24,000 bases of DNA from Oscillospiraceae bacterium (GCA_902791215.1 CADAUZ010000001.1:1-24000), one strand, 5' to 3'. Counted from the first letter of the stretch, positions 15,942-23,659 are shown. Notes: generated by a model not told the origin, from the sequence alone. Numbers and translations: made by a program.

Positions 15942-15985
15942 TCGCAAATATAGCCGACAGGCACAATCAAAAGAGAGGATTCAAG

Positions 15986-16264
15986 ATGTACGAAGACAAG
16001 ACCTTAGTTTGCAAAGAGTGCGGAAAAGAATTTGTTTTTACCGCCGGTGAGCAGGAATTCTACGCAGAGCGCGGCTTCCAGAACGAGCCTCAGCGCTGCA
16101 AGGCATGCCGCGACGCACGCAAGAACGCTGCCCGTGGTCCCCGTGAGTTCTTCACCGCTACCTGCGCTGCCTGCGGCGGCGAGGCCCGTGTTCCTTTCGA
16201 GCCCAAATCTGACCGCCCTGTTTACTGCAGCGAGTGCTTTGCCAAGATGAGAGAGCAGGCCTGA
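15986..16264 (+). CDS. Zinc-ribbon domain protein with a duplicated CxxC...CxxC module, function unknown
   Basis: AAGAGAGGA RBS. It has two repeats of the pattern CxxCG-x-F...F-x-P-x-C-x-x-C (CKECGKEF...RCKACR and CAACGGEA...YCSECF). Confidence 0.8.
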   Translation: MYEDKTLVCKECGKEFVFTAGEQEFYAERGFQNEPQRCKACRDARKNAARGPREFFTATCAACGGEARVPFEPKSDRPVYCSECFAKMREQA

Positions 16265-16281
16265 GTTCCTGTTCTACAGCT

Positions 16282-16309
16282 AAAGGGGGACACAAACGTG
16301 TCCCCCTTT
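16282..16309 (+). terminator. Intrinsic terminator-like hairpin after the zinc-ribbon gene
   Basis: Perfect 12-bp stem AAAGGGGGACAC/GTGTCCCCCTTT with loop AAAC. The T residues are partly inside the stem. Confidence 0.6.
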
Positions 16310-16336
16310 CCTTAAGTTACGATTGGAGGTAAAAGT

Positions 16337-16537
16337 ATGGAAATCACCCGCGAAACCCTGATTTCTGAAGTCGTTGAAAATGCCCCCCAGGCCATGCCCG
16401 CATTCCAGGCGATCGGCATGCACTGCATGGGCTGCGCCATGGCCAGCGGCGAGAACATCGAGCAGGCCTGCTGCGCCCACGGCGTTGATCCGGACGAGTT
16501 TCTGACCTATCTGAAGGCCTTTCTCGAAACCGCCTGA
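16337..16537 (+). CDS. DUF1858 / hybrid-cluster-protein-associated redox disulfide domain protein
   Basis: GGAGG RBS 7 nt upstream. It is 66 aa with the hallmark GMHCMGCAMA motif and a conserved N-terminal I..(V)V...P. Confidence 0.8.
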   Translation: MEITRETLISEVVENAPQAMPAFQAIGMHCMGCAMASGENIEQACCAHGVDPDEFLTYLKAFLETA

Positions 16538-16545
16538 TCCTTGAC

Positions 16546-16580
16546 AAAAAGCCGGACCTGGGTCCGGCTTTTATCTTTTC
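16546..16580 (+). terminator. Intrinsic terminator after the DUF1858 gene
   Basis: AAAAA, then GCCGGACC-TG-GGTCCGGC (16551-16568), then TTTTATCTTTT. Confidence 0.8.
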
Positions 16581-16594
16581 CTGGAGGGAACACG

Positions 16595-17269
16595 ATGAAC
16601 AAACGCCTTTCCGCCATTGCGGCGCTGATACAAAACGGCCGGGGGATGATCGACGTCGGCACGGATCACGGCTATCTCCCGGCCCATCTCGCCGCGTCCG
16701 GTTACGGCGGCAGACTCTATGCCTCGGATATCAACGAAGGCCCTCTGCTCTCGGCACGGCGCACGGCGGCGGAGGCGGGGGTATCAGACCGCATCCGCTT
16801 TCTGCTTTGTGACGGGCTCAGTCTCTGCCCGCCCGAGGAGATCGACACCATCGTCATCGCCGGTATGGGAGGGGATATGATCGTGAAGATTCTGGACGAG
16901 GCGGAGTGGTGCATGGACAGGCGCTATTACCTGATCCTCCAGCCTATGACCAAGGCGGAGGTCCTGCGCTACTGGCTCGTGTACAACGAATTTGTCATCG
17001 AGTCCGAGACTGTCGTTGAGGACGGCGGCACACTGTATCAGATCCTCTCCGCGTGCTTCGGCGGGTGTACAAAACTGTCAGACGCTGAGCTTTTCACCGG
17101 AAAGCGAAGCCTTTGCGAAAACGGAGAGCTTTTCGACCGTGAGCTTACACAGATCACGGGCCGTTTTGAAAAAGCGATCCGCGGCATGCAGGGCAGGGAA
17201 GGGGAGCCGCGCCTGCTGCTTTACCGGGAGATCTATAAACAATTGACAGAGATGAGGGAACAGAAATGA
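16595..17269 (+). CDS. trmK: tRNA (adenine22-N1)-methyltransferase TrmK
   Basis: RLSAIAALI...MIDVGTDHGYLPAHL...ASDINEGPL...IVIAGMGG is collinear with TrmK/YqfN. GGAGGG lies 6 nt upstream of ATG 16595. A nif3 gene follows, as in B. subtilis yqfN-yqfO. Confidence 0.85.
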   Translation: MNKRLSAIAALIQNGRGMIDVGTDHGYLPAHLAASGYGGRLYASDINEGPLLSARRTAAEAGVSDRIRFLLCDGLSLCPPEEIDTIVIAGMGGDMIVKILDEAEWCMDRRYYLILQPMTKAEVLRYWLVYNEFVIESETVVEDGGTLYQILSACFGGCTKLSDAELFTGKRSLCENGELFDRELTQITGRFEKAIRGMQGREGEPRLLLYREIYKQLTEMREQK

Positions 17270-18030
17270 CGACGATCCGGGATATCTTTGACGCCCTGTG
17301 CCGCATCGCACCGCTGGAGCTGCAGATGGACTTTGACAACGCGGGCTTTCAGGTCGGACACGCAGACAGAGAGGTACAGCGCGTACTGCTGGCCCTGGAC
17401 GCGACCGACGCGGTTGTGGAAGAAGCGGAGGCTCTGGGCGCGGAGCTCATCGTGACCCACCATCCGTTGCTCTTTTCCCCGCTGCGCTCGCTGACCGATC
17501 TGGAGCCGACGCAAAGACGCGTACTGCGTCTTGCGGAAAAGGGGATCGGCCTCATTTCCATGCACACAAATCTCGATATCGCCGAGGGCGGTGTCAACGA
17601 TGTGCTGATCCGCCTGTTGGGCGCGGAGCCGGAGGCGGCCCTGGACGAGGGCTGCGGCAGGATCGGGACGCTCCCGCAGACGATAACGCTTGCTGCCTTT
17701 CTCGATCTGTGCAAGCAGCGTCTGCAGGTGCCGGTGCTGCGCTTTGTTGACGGAGGAAAGCCCGTTTCAAGGCTTGCGGTCATGGGCGGCGCAGGCGCCG
17801 GGAGCCTGGAGCAGGCCGCTGCGGCGGGCTGTGACACCTATGTCACCGCCGATGTCAAGTACCACCAGTTCCAGCGCGCGGCGGAGCTGGGGCTGAGCCT
17901 CGTCGACGCGGATCATTTTTACACGGAAAACCCGGTGATCGCCGAGCTTGCGCGCAGGCTGTCCGCGCAGTTTCCGGACGTATCTTTTTCTATCAGTAAA
18001 AAGCATGAGGCATGCATACGCTTTGCGTGA
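17266..18030 (+). CDS. Nif3-like dinuclear metal centre protein (YqfO family)
   Basis: APLELQMDFDNAGFQVG...LIVTHHPLLF...ISMHTNLD...DADHFYTE. It shares a 4-nt ATGA overlap with trmK. Confidence 0.9.
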   Translation: MTTIRDIFDALCRIAPLELQMDFDNAGFQVGHADREVQRVLLALDATDAVVEEAEALGAELIVTHHPLLFSPLRSLTDLEPTQRRVLRLAEKGIGLISMHTNLDIAEGGVNDVLIRLLGAEPEAALDEGCGRIGTLPQTITLAAFLDLCKQRLQVPVLRFVDGGKPVSRLAVMGGAGAGSLEQAAAAGCDTYVTADVKYHQFQRAAELGLSLVDADHFYTENPVIAELARRLSAQFPDVSFSISKKHEACIRFA

Positions 18031-18038
18031 CATGCCCG

Positions 18039-18067
18039 GCATATCAGGCCTCCGGCTCTCATACACT
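18039..18067 (+). promoter_or_regulatory. Sigma-E-type (mother-cell) promoter for spoIVA
   Basis: GCATATC (18039-18045), a 14-nt spacer, then CATACACT (18060-18067). This matches the commonly quoted B. subtilis sigma-E pattern: an ATA-containing -35, a spacer of about 14 bp and a CATACA-T -10. The -10 ends 36 nt upstream of the spoIVA ATG. Confidence 0.55.
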
Positions 18068-18103
18068 CGAACAAGTGAGAACATGAGAGCGGAGGCTTTT
18101 TCT

Positions 18104-19582
18104 ATGTGTGAAAACAATCTCTACAGCGAGCTTGCACTCCGGACGGACGGCGCGATCATGCTGGGCGTCGTCGGCCCCGTGCGGACCGGGAAGTCCACCT
18201 TCATCAAGCGCTTCATGGAGACACTTGTCATACCGCGTATCGAGAACAATTATCTGCGCGAGCGCGCCAAGGATGAGCTGCCGCAGAGCGCATCGGGCAA
18301 AACCATCATGACAGCAGAGCCAAAATTCGTCCCGGAAAACGCAGTCACGATCCGCGTGGGAGACAATACCGAGCTCTCCGTCCGCCTGGTCGACTGCGTG
18401 GGCTACATGGTCGAGGGGGCTGCAGGGCAGCTTGAGGACGGGCATGAGCGCATGGTCACAACGCCCTGGTTCGACCACGAGGTCACGATCACGGAGGCAG
18501 CAGAGAAAGGGACCTGGAAGGTGATCAACGAGCACTCGAGCATCGGCATCGTGGTCACGACCGACGGCAGCATCGGCGATATCCCGCGCGAGAGCTATGT
18601 CCCGGCCGAGGCGCGGACGATCACGGAGCTGCAGAAGATCGGCAAGCCCTTTGTCGTCCTGCTTAACAGCACTTCACCAAAAAGCGAAGCCTGCGCGGCG
18701 CTTGCGCGTGAAATTTCCCAGAAATACGGCGTCCGCTGTCTGCCGGTCGACTGCCTGCATATGGGAGAGGAGGACATCGGCATGATCCTGAGCTCGGTGC
18801 TGGAGGAATATCCCATCAAGGCGGTCAGCGTTTTTCTCCCGGACTGGCTGGAGGCCCTGCCGGAAAACAGCGAGCTGCGAAGCACACTCTATGAGGCGCT
18901 CAGGCAGGCGTCCGACGGCATGGAAAGAATACGCGACTGCGCGTCCTTCCTGCGCGCTCTTCGTGAGCATGAGCAGATCGAGTCCACCGAGCTGTTGAAA
19001 AATGACCTCGGCAGCGGGGTCAGCGAGGTCGAGATCCGGCTCCCGCGCGGGCTGTATTATCAGAGCATCAGTGAGCAGACCGGCCTTGCCATAGAAAACG
19101 ACCGGGACCTGATCGCGCTGCTGACCGAGATGGGTACGGTCAAGACCGACTATGACCGGCTGCGCGGCGCGCTTCGGGACGTGCGGGAAAAGGGCTACGG
19201 CGTGGTCATGCCGGATTCCGCCCAGATGACGCTCGAGGAGCCGCAGATCGTGCGCCAGGGCGGCAAGTACAGCGTGAAGCTCAAAGCCAACGCCCCGGCC
19301 ATCCACATGATCATGACCGATGTGGAGACTGAGGTCACGCCCGCCATCGGTGGGGAAGGTGCCTCCGAGGATATTATCAACTTTCTCCTGCAGGGCTTTG
19401 ACGGGGATGTCAACCGGATCTGGCAGTCCAATATTTTCGGAAAATCGCTAAATGATATCGCCGAAGAGGGACTCACTGCAAAACTGGAGGCGATGCCGGA
19501 GAATGTCAAGGATAAGCTGCGCGACACGCTGGAGCGGCTCATCAATGAAGGGAGTGGCGGGCTGATATGCATTCTGCTTTGA
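18104..19582 (+). CDS. spoIVA: Stage IV sporulation protein A (spore coat morphogenetic ATPase)
   Basis: LGVVGPVRTGKSTFIKRFME...DELPQSASGKTIMTAEPKFVP is near-identical in pattern to the B. subtilis SpoIVA N-terminus. The length of 492 aa agrees. GGAGG lies 8 nt upstream of ATG 18104. The ORF-track extension from 17948 overlaps nif3 and the promoter. Confidence 0.93.
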   Translation: MCENNLYSELALRTDGAIMLGVVGPVRTGKSTFIKRFMETLVIPRIENNYLRERAKDELPQSASGKTIMTAEPKFVPENAVTIRVGDNTELSVRLVDCVGYMVEGAAGQLEDGHERMVTTPWFDHEVTITEAAEKGTWKVINEHSSIGIVVTTDGSIGDIPRESYVPAEARTITELQKIGKPFVVLLNSTSPKSEACAALAREISQKYGVRCLPVDCLHMGEEDIGMILSSVLEEYPIKAVSVFLPDWLEALPENSELRSTLYEALRQASDGMERIRDCASFLRALREHEQIESTELLKNDLGSGVSEVEIRLPRGLYYQSISEQTGLAIENDRDLIALLTEMGTVKTDYDRLRGALRDVREKGYGVVMPDSAQMTLEEPQIVRQGGKYSVKLKANAPAIHMIMTDVETEVTPAIGGEGASEDIINFLLQGFDGDVNRIWQSNIFGKSLNDIAEEGLTAKLEAMPENVKDKLRDTLERLINEGSGGLICILL

Positions 19583-19603
19583 TTCGGGGGACACGAAGGA
19601 GAA

Positions 19604-19632
19604 TTGACTTGAGCCCGAACGGGCGTTATAAT
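19604..19632 (+). promoter_or_regulatory. Near-consensus sigma-A-type promoter for the amidase gene
   Basis: TTGACT (19604-19609), a 17-nt spacer, then TATAAT (19627-19632). Confidence 0.7.
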
Positions 19633-19663
19633 CGAAAACACCTGCAAGAAAGCGGAGGCGGCT

Positions 19664-20371
19664 ATGGCATTTAAGAAGGACGCTGTCCTCCGAAGACTGG
19701 TTCCGCTTCTGGCGCTCCTGGCCCTGGCCCTGACGCTTGCGCATGTCTATAATCAGAAGCAGAGCGCCTCGACCCTGGGCGGGACCGGGGCCACGCTCGT
19801 CATTGACCCCGGCCACGGCGGCATCGATAGCGGTGCGGTGGGCATCGACGGGACGCGCGAGAGCGACCTGAACCTTGCCATCGCGCTGAAGCTGCGGGCC
19901 ATGGCGGAGCTCTACGGCATGGAAAATACCCTCCTGCGGCAGGACGACAGCACGCTCTGCGACAGCGAGGATTACAGCGAGCACCGCGATCTGGAGCACA
20001 GAACGGAGCTGACCTGTGCCGCGCTCAATCCCGTGTACATCAGCATCCACCAGAACGATTACCCCACTGCCCAGCCGAACGGCTCCCAGGTGATCTACGC
20101 GGCGGGAGAGGGAAGTCAGAGGCTCGGCTCCATTATGCACGAAAACCTGCTGAACATCCTTTATCCAAAGTGCAGGCGCGTGGCGGAGCCTGCTACAAAG
20201 CGGCTCTATATTCTCTCCCATCTGACGTGCCCGGCGGTACTGGTGGAGTGCGGGTTCGTATCCAACATGATCGACCTTGAGAACCTGAAAAAGCCCGCCT
20301 ACCAGACCGCACTCGCGGCGATCATGATGGGGTCCTACCTCCAATATGAGCAAAATACAAAGCGTATATAG
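19664..20371 (+). CDS. cwlD: N-acetylmuramoyl-L-alanine amidase (Amidase_3), CwlD-like, membrane-anchored
   Basis: N-terminal signal/anchor segment, then VIDPGHGGIDSGAVG...ESDLNL...YISIHQN...VLVECGFVSN. The size of about 235 aa and the single-domain layout match CwlD. The symbol is tentative. Confidence 0.72.
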   Translation: MAFKKDAVLRRLVPLLALLALALTLAHVYNQKQSASTLGGTGATLVIDPGHGGIDSGAVGIDGTRESDLNLAIALKLRAMAELYGMENTLLRQDDSTLCDSEDYSEHRDLEHRTELTCAALNPVYISIHQNDYPTAQPNGSQVIYAAGEGSQRLGSIMHENLLNILYPKCRRVAEPATKRLYILSHLTCPAVLVECGFVSNMIDLENLKKPAYQTALAAIMMGSYLQYEQNTKRI

Positions 20372-20404
20372 ACTATACAGATTGTAATATTCAGGAGAAA
20401 AGCT

Positions 20405-21769
20405 ATGGCAAACAGACAGAAAACCGTCTATATCTGCTCCGATTGCGGCAGCGAGACGCCGAACTGGGCAGGGAAGTGCCCGGCCTGCGGCGCGTGGAAC
20501 ACGCTGGAGGAGCTGCGCATTGATAAAGGCAGCTCCGCACGGGGCAGCGTTGCTGTACGTACCGCAAAGCCGCGGCGGCTGGAGGAGCTGGACGATTCCG
20601 AAGAGATCCGTTTTTCCACCGGCATCTCGGAGTTTGACCGCGTGCTGGGCGGCGGGGCCGTCGTCGGGTCTCTGATTTTGGTGGGCGGCGCGCCCGGTAT
20701 CGGCAAGTCGACTCTGCTGCTGCAGATGTGCGCCATCGCCGGCAGATCGAAGCGCATCCTCTATGTCAGCGGCGAAGAAAGTGAGCGCCAGCTCAAGCTG
20801 CGCGCCAACCGTCTGGGCGTTCAGGGCGGGGAAATCTACGTCCTCGCCGAGACGGATCTCAGCGCAATTCTGGCCTCAGCCGATTCCCTCAAGCCCGATA
20901 TCATGATCATCGACTCCATCCAGACGGTCAGCGACGCAGACATCAGCTCTGCACCCGGCAGTATCACCCAGGTGCGCGAGTGCACCATGCGTATCATGCG
21001 CCTTTGCAAGGAGAAAAACCTGACGGTCTTCGTCGTGGGACATATCAATAAGGAGGGCAGCATCGCAGGGCCGAAGATCCTCGAACACATGGTGGACTGT
21101 GTCCTCTACTTTGAGGGCGAGCGCAGTACCAGCTTTCGCATCCTGCGCGCGGCCAAAAACCGCTTCGGCTCCACCAACGAGATCGGCGTGTTTGAGATGG
21201 TTGATAACGGCCTTGTGTGCGTGGAGAATCCCTCCGAGATGCTGCTGAGCGGAAGGCCCGAAAACTGCCCCGGCACCTGCGTGGCCTGCGTCATCGAGGG
21301 CACACGGCCGATCCTGGCCGAGGTGCAGGCGCTGGTGACGCCCGCAGCCTATAACGCCGCCCGCCGCAGCAACGGTGTGGACTACAATCGCGCGGCCATG
21401 CTGCTGGCCGTGCTGGAAAAGCGCGGCGGGCTCTCGGTCGCGGGCTGCGATTCCTATATCAACGTCATCGGCGGCCTCACGCTCGAGGAGCCGGCTGCCG
21501 ACCTTGCCACCGCGCTCGCCGTCGCGTCAAGCTTTCTCGACCGCCCCCTCGGCGCGGATCTCGCGGCGATCGGGGAGATCGGCCTTTCGGGTGAGCTCCG
21601 CAGCGTGAGCGCACTCAACCAGCGTCTGTCCGAAATCTCACGCCTAGGCTTCAAGCGCTGTGTTGTCCCGGCCCACGGGCGTGAGGAGATGGGCAGCTTC
21701 ACGGGGCTGACGCTGATCCCGGTGCGCAATATCAGCGAGGCCATCGCGGCGGTGCTGGCAAGACAATGA
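20405..21769 (+). CDS. radA: DNA repair protein RadA/Sms
   Basis: Zn finger CSDCGSETPNWAGKCPACGAWNT, Walker A GGAPGIGKSTLLLQ, the KNRFG motif and a Lon-like C-terminal domain. Confidence 0.96.
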   Translation: MANRQKTVYICSDCGSETPNWAGKCPACGAWNTLEELRIDKGSSARGSVAVRTAKPRRLEELDDSEEIRFSTGISEFDRVLGGGAVVGSLILVGGAPGIGKSTLLLQMCAIAGRSKRILYVSGEESERQLKLRANRLGVQGGEIYVLAETDLSAILASADSLKPDIMIIDSIQTVSDADISSAPGSITQVRECTMRIMRLCKEKNLTVFVVGHINKEGSIAGPKILEHMVDCVLYFEGERSTSFRILRAAKNRFGSTNEIGVFEMVDNGLVCVENPSEMLLSGRPENCPGTCVACVIEGTRPILAEVQALVTPAAYNAARRSNGVDYNRAAMLLAVLEKRGGLSVAGCDSYINVIGGLTLEEPAADLATALAVASSFLDRPLGADLAAIGEIGLSGELRSVSALNQRLSEISRLGFKRCVVPAHGREEMGSFTGLTLIPVRNISEAIAAVLARQ

Positions 21770-22524
21770 GCCTCTTTGTCTCCGAGCCCAATCTGCCGGT
21801 TTCGTGCTCTTCCCTGATTTACGGCAAAAAATATGCAGGAATCCTTGAAAAATCTCTGGATTCTCTGCACATTGAGAGTATTTTGCTGCCCGATAACCCG
21901 GACATTTACGAACACCTTTCCGGTCACGCGGACCTCTCGGTTCTGCACGCGGGAGGGGAGAGGCTCTTCCTCGCGCCGTATCTGAAAGGGAGCGCCTTTG
22001 CGTCACAGCTGCAAAGCCGGGGTGCGCTGCTTGATTTTCCGGTTGTACAGCAAGGTCAAGTTTATCCCGGGGATGCGCAGTTTAATTGCTGTGTTGTTGG
22101 TCAGCGCTTGATCTGTAATCCAAAGACAGCAGCAGGCAATATTGTTGATTGTTTAACAAGCGTAGATAATAAAAGTCTGATCCCGGTACGCCAGGGCTAC
22201 AGCCGCTGCGCGGTATGTATTGTTAACAGCGAATCCATCATCACTTCCGACAGGGGAATTGCGGCAGCGGCCCGGGCCGACGGCCAGCAGGTGCTGCTGA
22301 TCCAAGAGGGACACATCCGGCTTGACGGATATGCTTACGGCTTTATCGGCGGCGCGGCGTTTAAGATCTCATCTGATAAGCTCGCGTTTACCGGGAGTCT
22401 GGATGCACACCCGGACCGGGACGCGATCCTGCGTTTCCTGGCTGAGCGCGGCGTGGAGCCCGTGTATCTGAGCCGTGAGCCTGTATTTGATATCGGCTCT
22501 GCGATCCCGATATTTGAAAACTGA
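21766..22524 (+). CDS. Uncharacterised protein translationally coupled to radA, possibly the DUF6873 / guanidino-modifying-enzyme-fold family
   Basis: ATGA overlap with the radA stop. The frame is uninterrupted with chromosome-like codon usage at both ends. I recognise motifs such as LSGHADLSVLH and YGFIGGA only loosely, so the family name is from memory and unverified. Confidence 0.6.
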   Translation: MSLFVSEPNLPVSCSSLIYGKKYAGILEKSLDSLHIESILLPDNPDIYEHLSGHADLSVLHAGGERLFLAPYLKGSAFASQLQSRGALLDFPVVQQGQVYPGDAQFNCCVVGQRLICNPKTAAGNIVDCLTSVDNKSLIPVRQGYSRCAVCIVNSESIITSDRGIAAAARADGQQVLLIQEGHIRLDGYAYGFIGGAAFKISSDKLAFTGSLDAHPDRDAILRFLAERGVEPVYLSREPVFDIGSAIPIFEN

Positions 22525-22549
22525 CGCCGGGGAAACCAGCGTCAGTTTT
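22517..22549. terminator. Bidirectional intrinsic terminator between convergent genes
   Basis: AAAACTGACGC (22517-22527) pairs with GCGTCAGTTTT (22539-22549), with an A-run and a T-run on either side. Confidence 0.75.
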
Positions 22550-22552
22550 ATG

Positions 22553-23551
22553 TTAACCTTCGATTTCGTCTTTTGTCTTGCGACCAATGGGATTGGCCAT
22601 GGCGGCCTCGTGCAGGGCCGCGTTGTCCAGGTGCGTGTAGATCTGCGTTGTGTTCAGATTGCTGTGGCCCAGCACCTCCTGGAGTGCGCGTGTGTCCACG
22701 CCGTTTTTGAGCATCAGTGTTGCCGCGGTATGCCGCAGCTTATGCGGTGAATAGCGGCTTGCGTCCAGTCCGGCAGCGAGGAGCTTCTTTTCCAGCATGT
22801 ACTGCACGGCGCGGGTTGTCAATCTACATCTCTTTTGGCTGATAAACAGGGCTTTTTTGTCGGATTCTTTCACATTTTCGTCATTTCTGACAGACAAATA
22901 ATCGTCGATAGCCTCACGGCATCCCTCAGCAAAGAACACCACGCGTTCCTTGTTGCCCTTGCCGAGAACGCGTAAATGATCCTCATAAACATCGGTCAGG
23001 TTGAGCGAAACGAGTTCAGACACACGCAGGCCGCAGGACAGAAACAGCATCAGGATCGCATAGTCCCGATAGGCATAGGGCCCGTCACAGGCCGCAAGCA
23101 GACGCTCGCATTCGGATTCCTCCAGATATCGCGGCAGCGACGCCTGACGCTTGGGCATGTCAAGTTCCTGACAAACATTGTAATCCAGCAGATGGCGTTT
23201 GAGTGTGAGATAATTGAAGAAAGACTTCACGGACGAGGTCCTGCGGCAGCGGCTGGCTGCGGAAAGCGCACGGTTGGAGTTTTCAAGCTCCGGCGAGAAT
23301 GACTGATAACGGTACAGCTCTTCAATGCGTATGGATTTGATGAAGTCGAGGTCGATGTCGGTAATGTCGATCTCCTGAAACGGTGTTTCTTTCGGGACAA
23401 GATGACGCCGACGCTTCAGATAGCGAAACAGAATCTTCAAATCGAGATAATATCCGGCGACAGTCCGATCAGAGTGACCGCGCACGGTGGAGTGATATTC
23501 CAGAAACTCCATGATAATATCGGGGATGTCGTTGATTTGGTCCAGATTCAT
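22553..23551 (-). CDS. Tyrosine recombinase/integrase, Xer-like, with an extended N-terminal core-binding domain
   Basis: GAAGGAG RBS. Catalytic signature: LSCGLRVSEL (Arg), HKLRHTAATLML (HxxR) and LGHSNLNTTQIYTHL (His, Tyr). The N-terminal domain is FLEYHSTVRGHSDRTVAGYYLDLKILFRYL plus an insertion of about 35 aa. A spot GC count is lower (28/60 at 22801-22860). Confidence 0.9.
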   Translation of the reverse strand: MNLDQINDIPDIIMEFLEYHSTVRGHSDRTVAGYYLDLKILFRYLKRRRHLVPKETPFQEIDITDIDLDFIKSIRIEELYRYQSFSPELENSNRALSAASRCRRTSSVKSFFNYLTLKRHLLDYNVCQELDMPKRQASLPRYLEESECERLLAACDGPYAYRDYAILMLFLSCGLRVSELVSLNLTDVYEDHLRVLGKGNKERVVFFAEGCREAIDDYLSVRNDENVKESDKKALFISQKRCRLTTRAVQYMLEKKLLAAGLDASRYSPHKLRHTAATLMLKNGVDTRALQEVLGHSNLNTTQIYTHLDNAALHEAAMANPIGRKTKDEIEG

Positions 23552-23597
23552 CGTATTGCTCCTTCTGTGAAAATTCAGCTATACAAATTTCGCTAAA

Positions 23598-23625
23598 TTT
23601 ATATTATGTGACATTTTGATTACAA
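23598..23625 (-). promoter_or_regulatory. Possible promoter of the Xer-like recombinase gene
   Basis: The minus strand reads TTGTAA (23625-23620), a 16-nt spacer, then TATAAA (23603-23598). It overlaps the dif-like motif. Confidence 0.35.
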
Positions 23626-23632
23626 AGATATC

Positions 23633-23659
23633 AGGGAGGCCGAATGCCTTCCCTTTTTT
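23633..23659 (+). terminator. Orphan plus-strand terminator-like hairpin
   Basis: AGGGAGGC-CGAAT-GCCTTCCCT (7-8 bp stem, one bulged T) followed by a T-run reaching 23659 (T6 at 23554+100, i.e. 23654-23659, of which the first T can pair with A23633). No plus-strand gene lies upstream. Confidence 0.45.

Noticed and set aside
19448-20353. 301-aa minus-strand ORF
   Set aside because: It is antisense to the amidase gene and the spoIVA 3' end. It crosses the plus-strand promoter region. It is a shadow frame.
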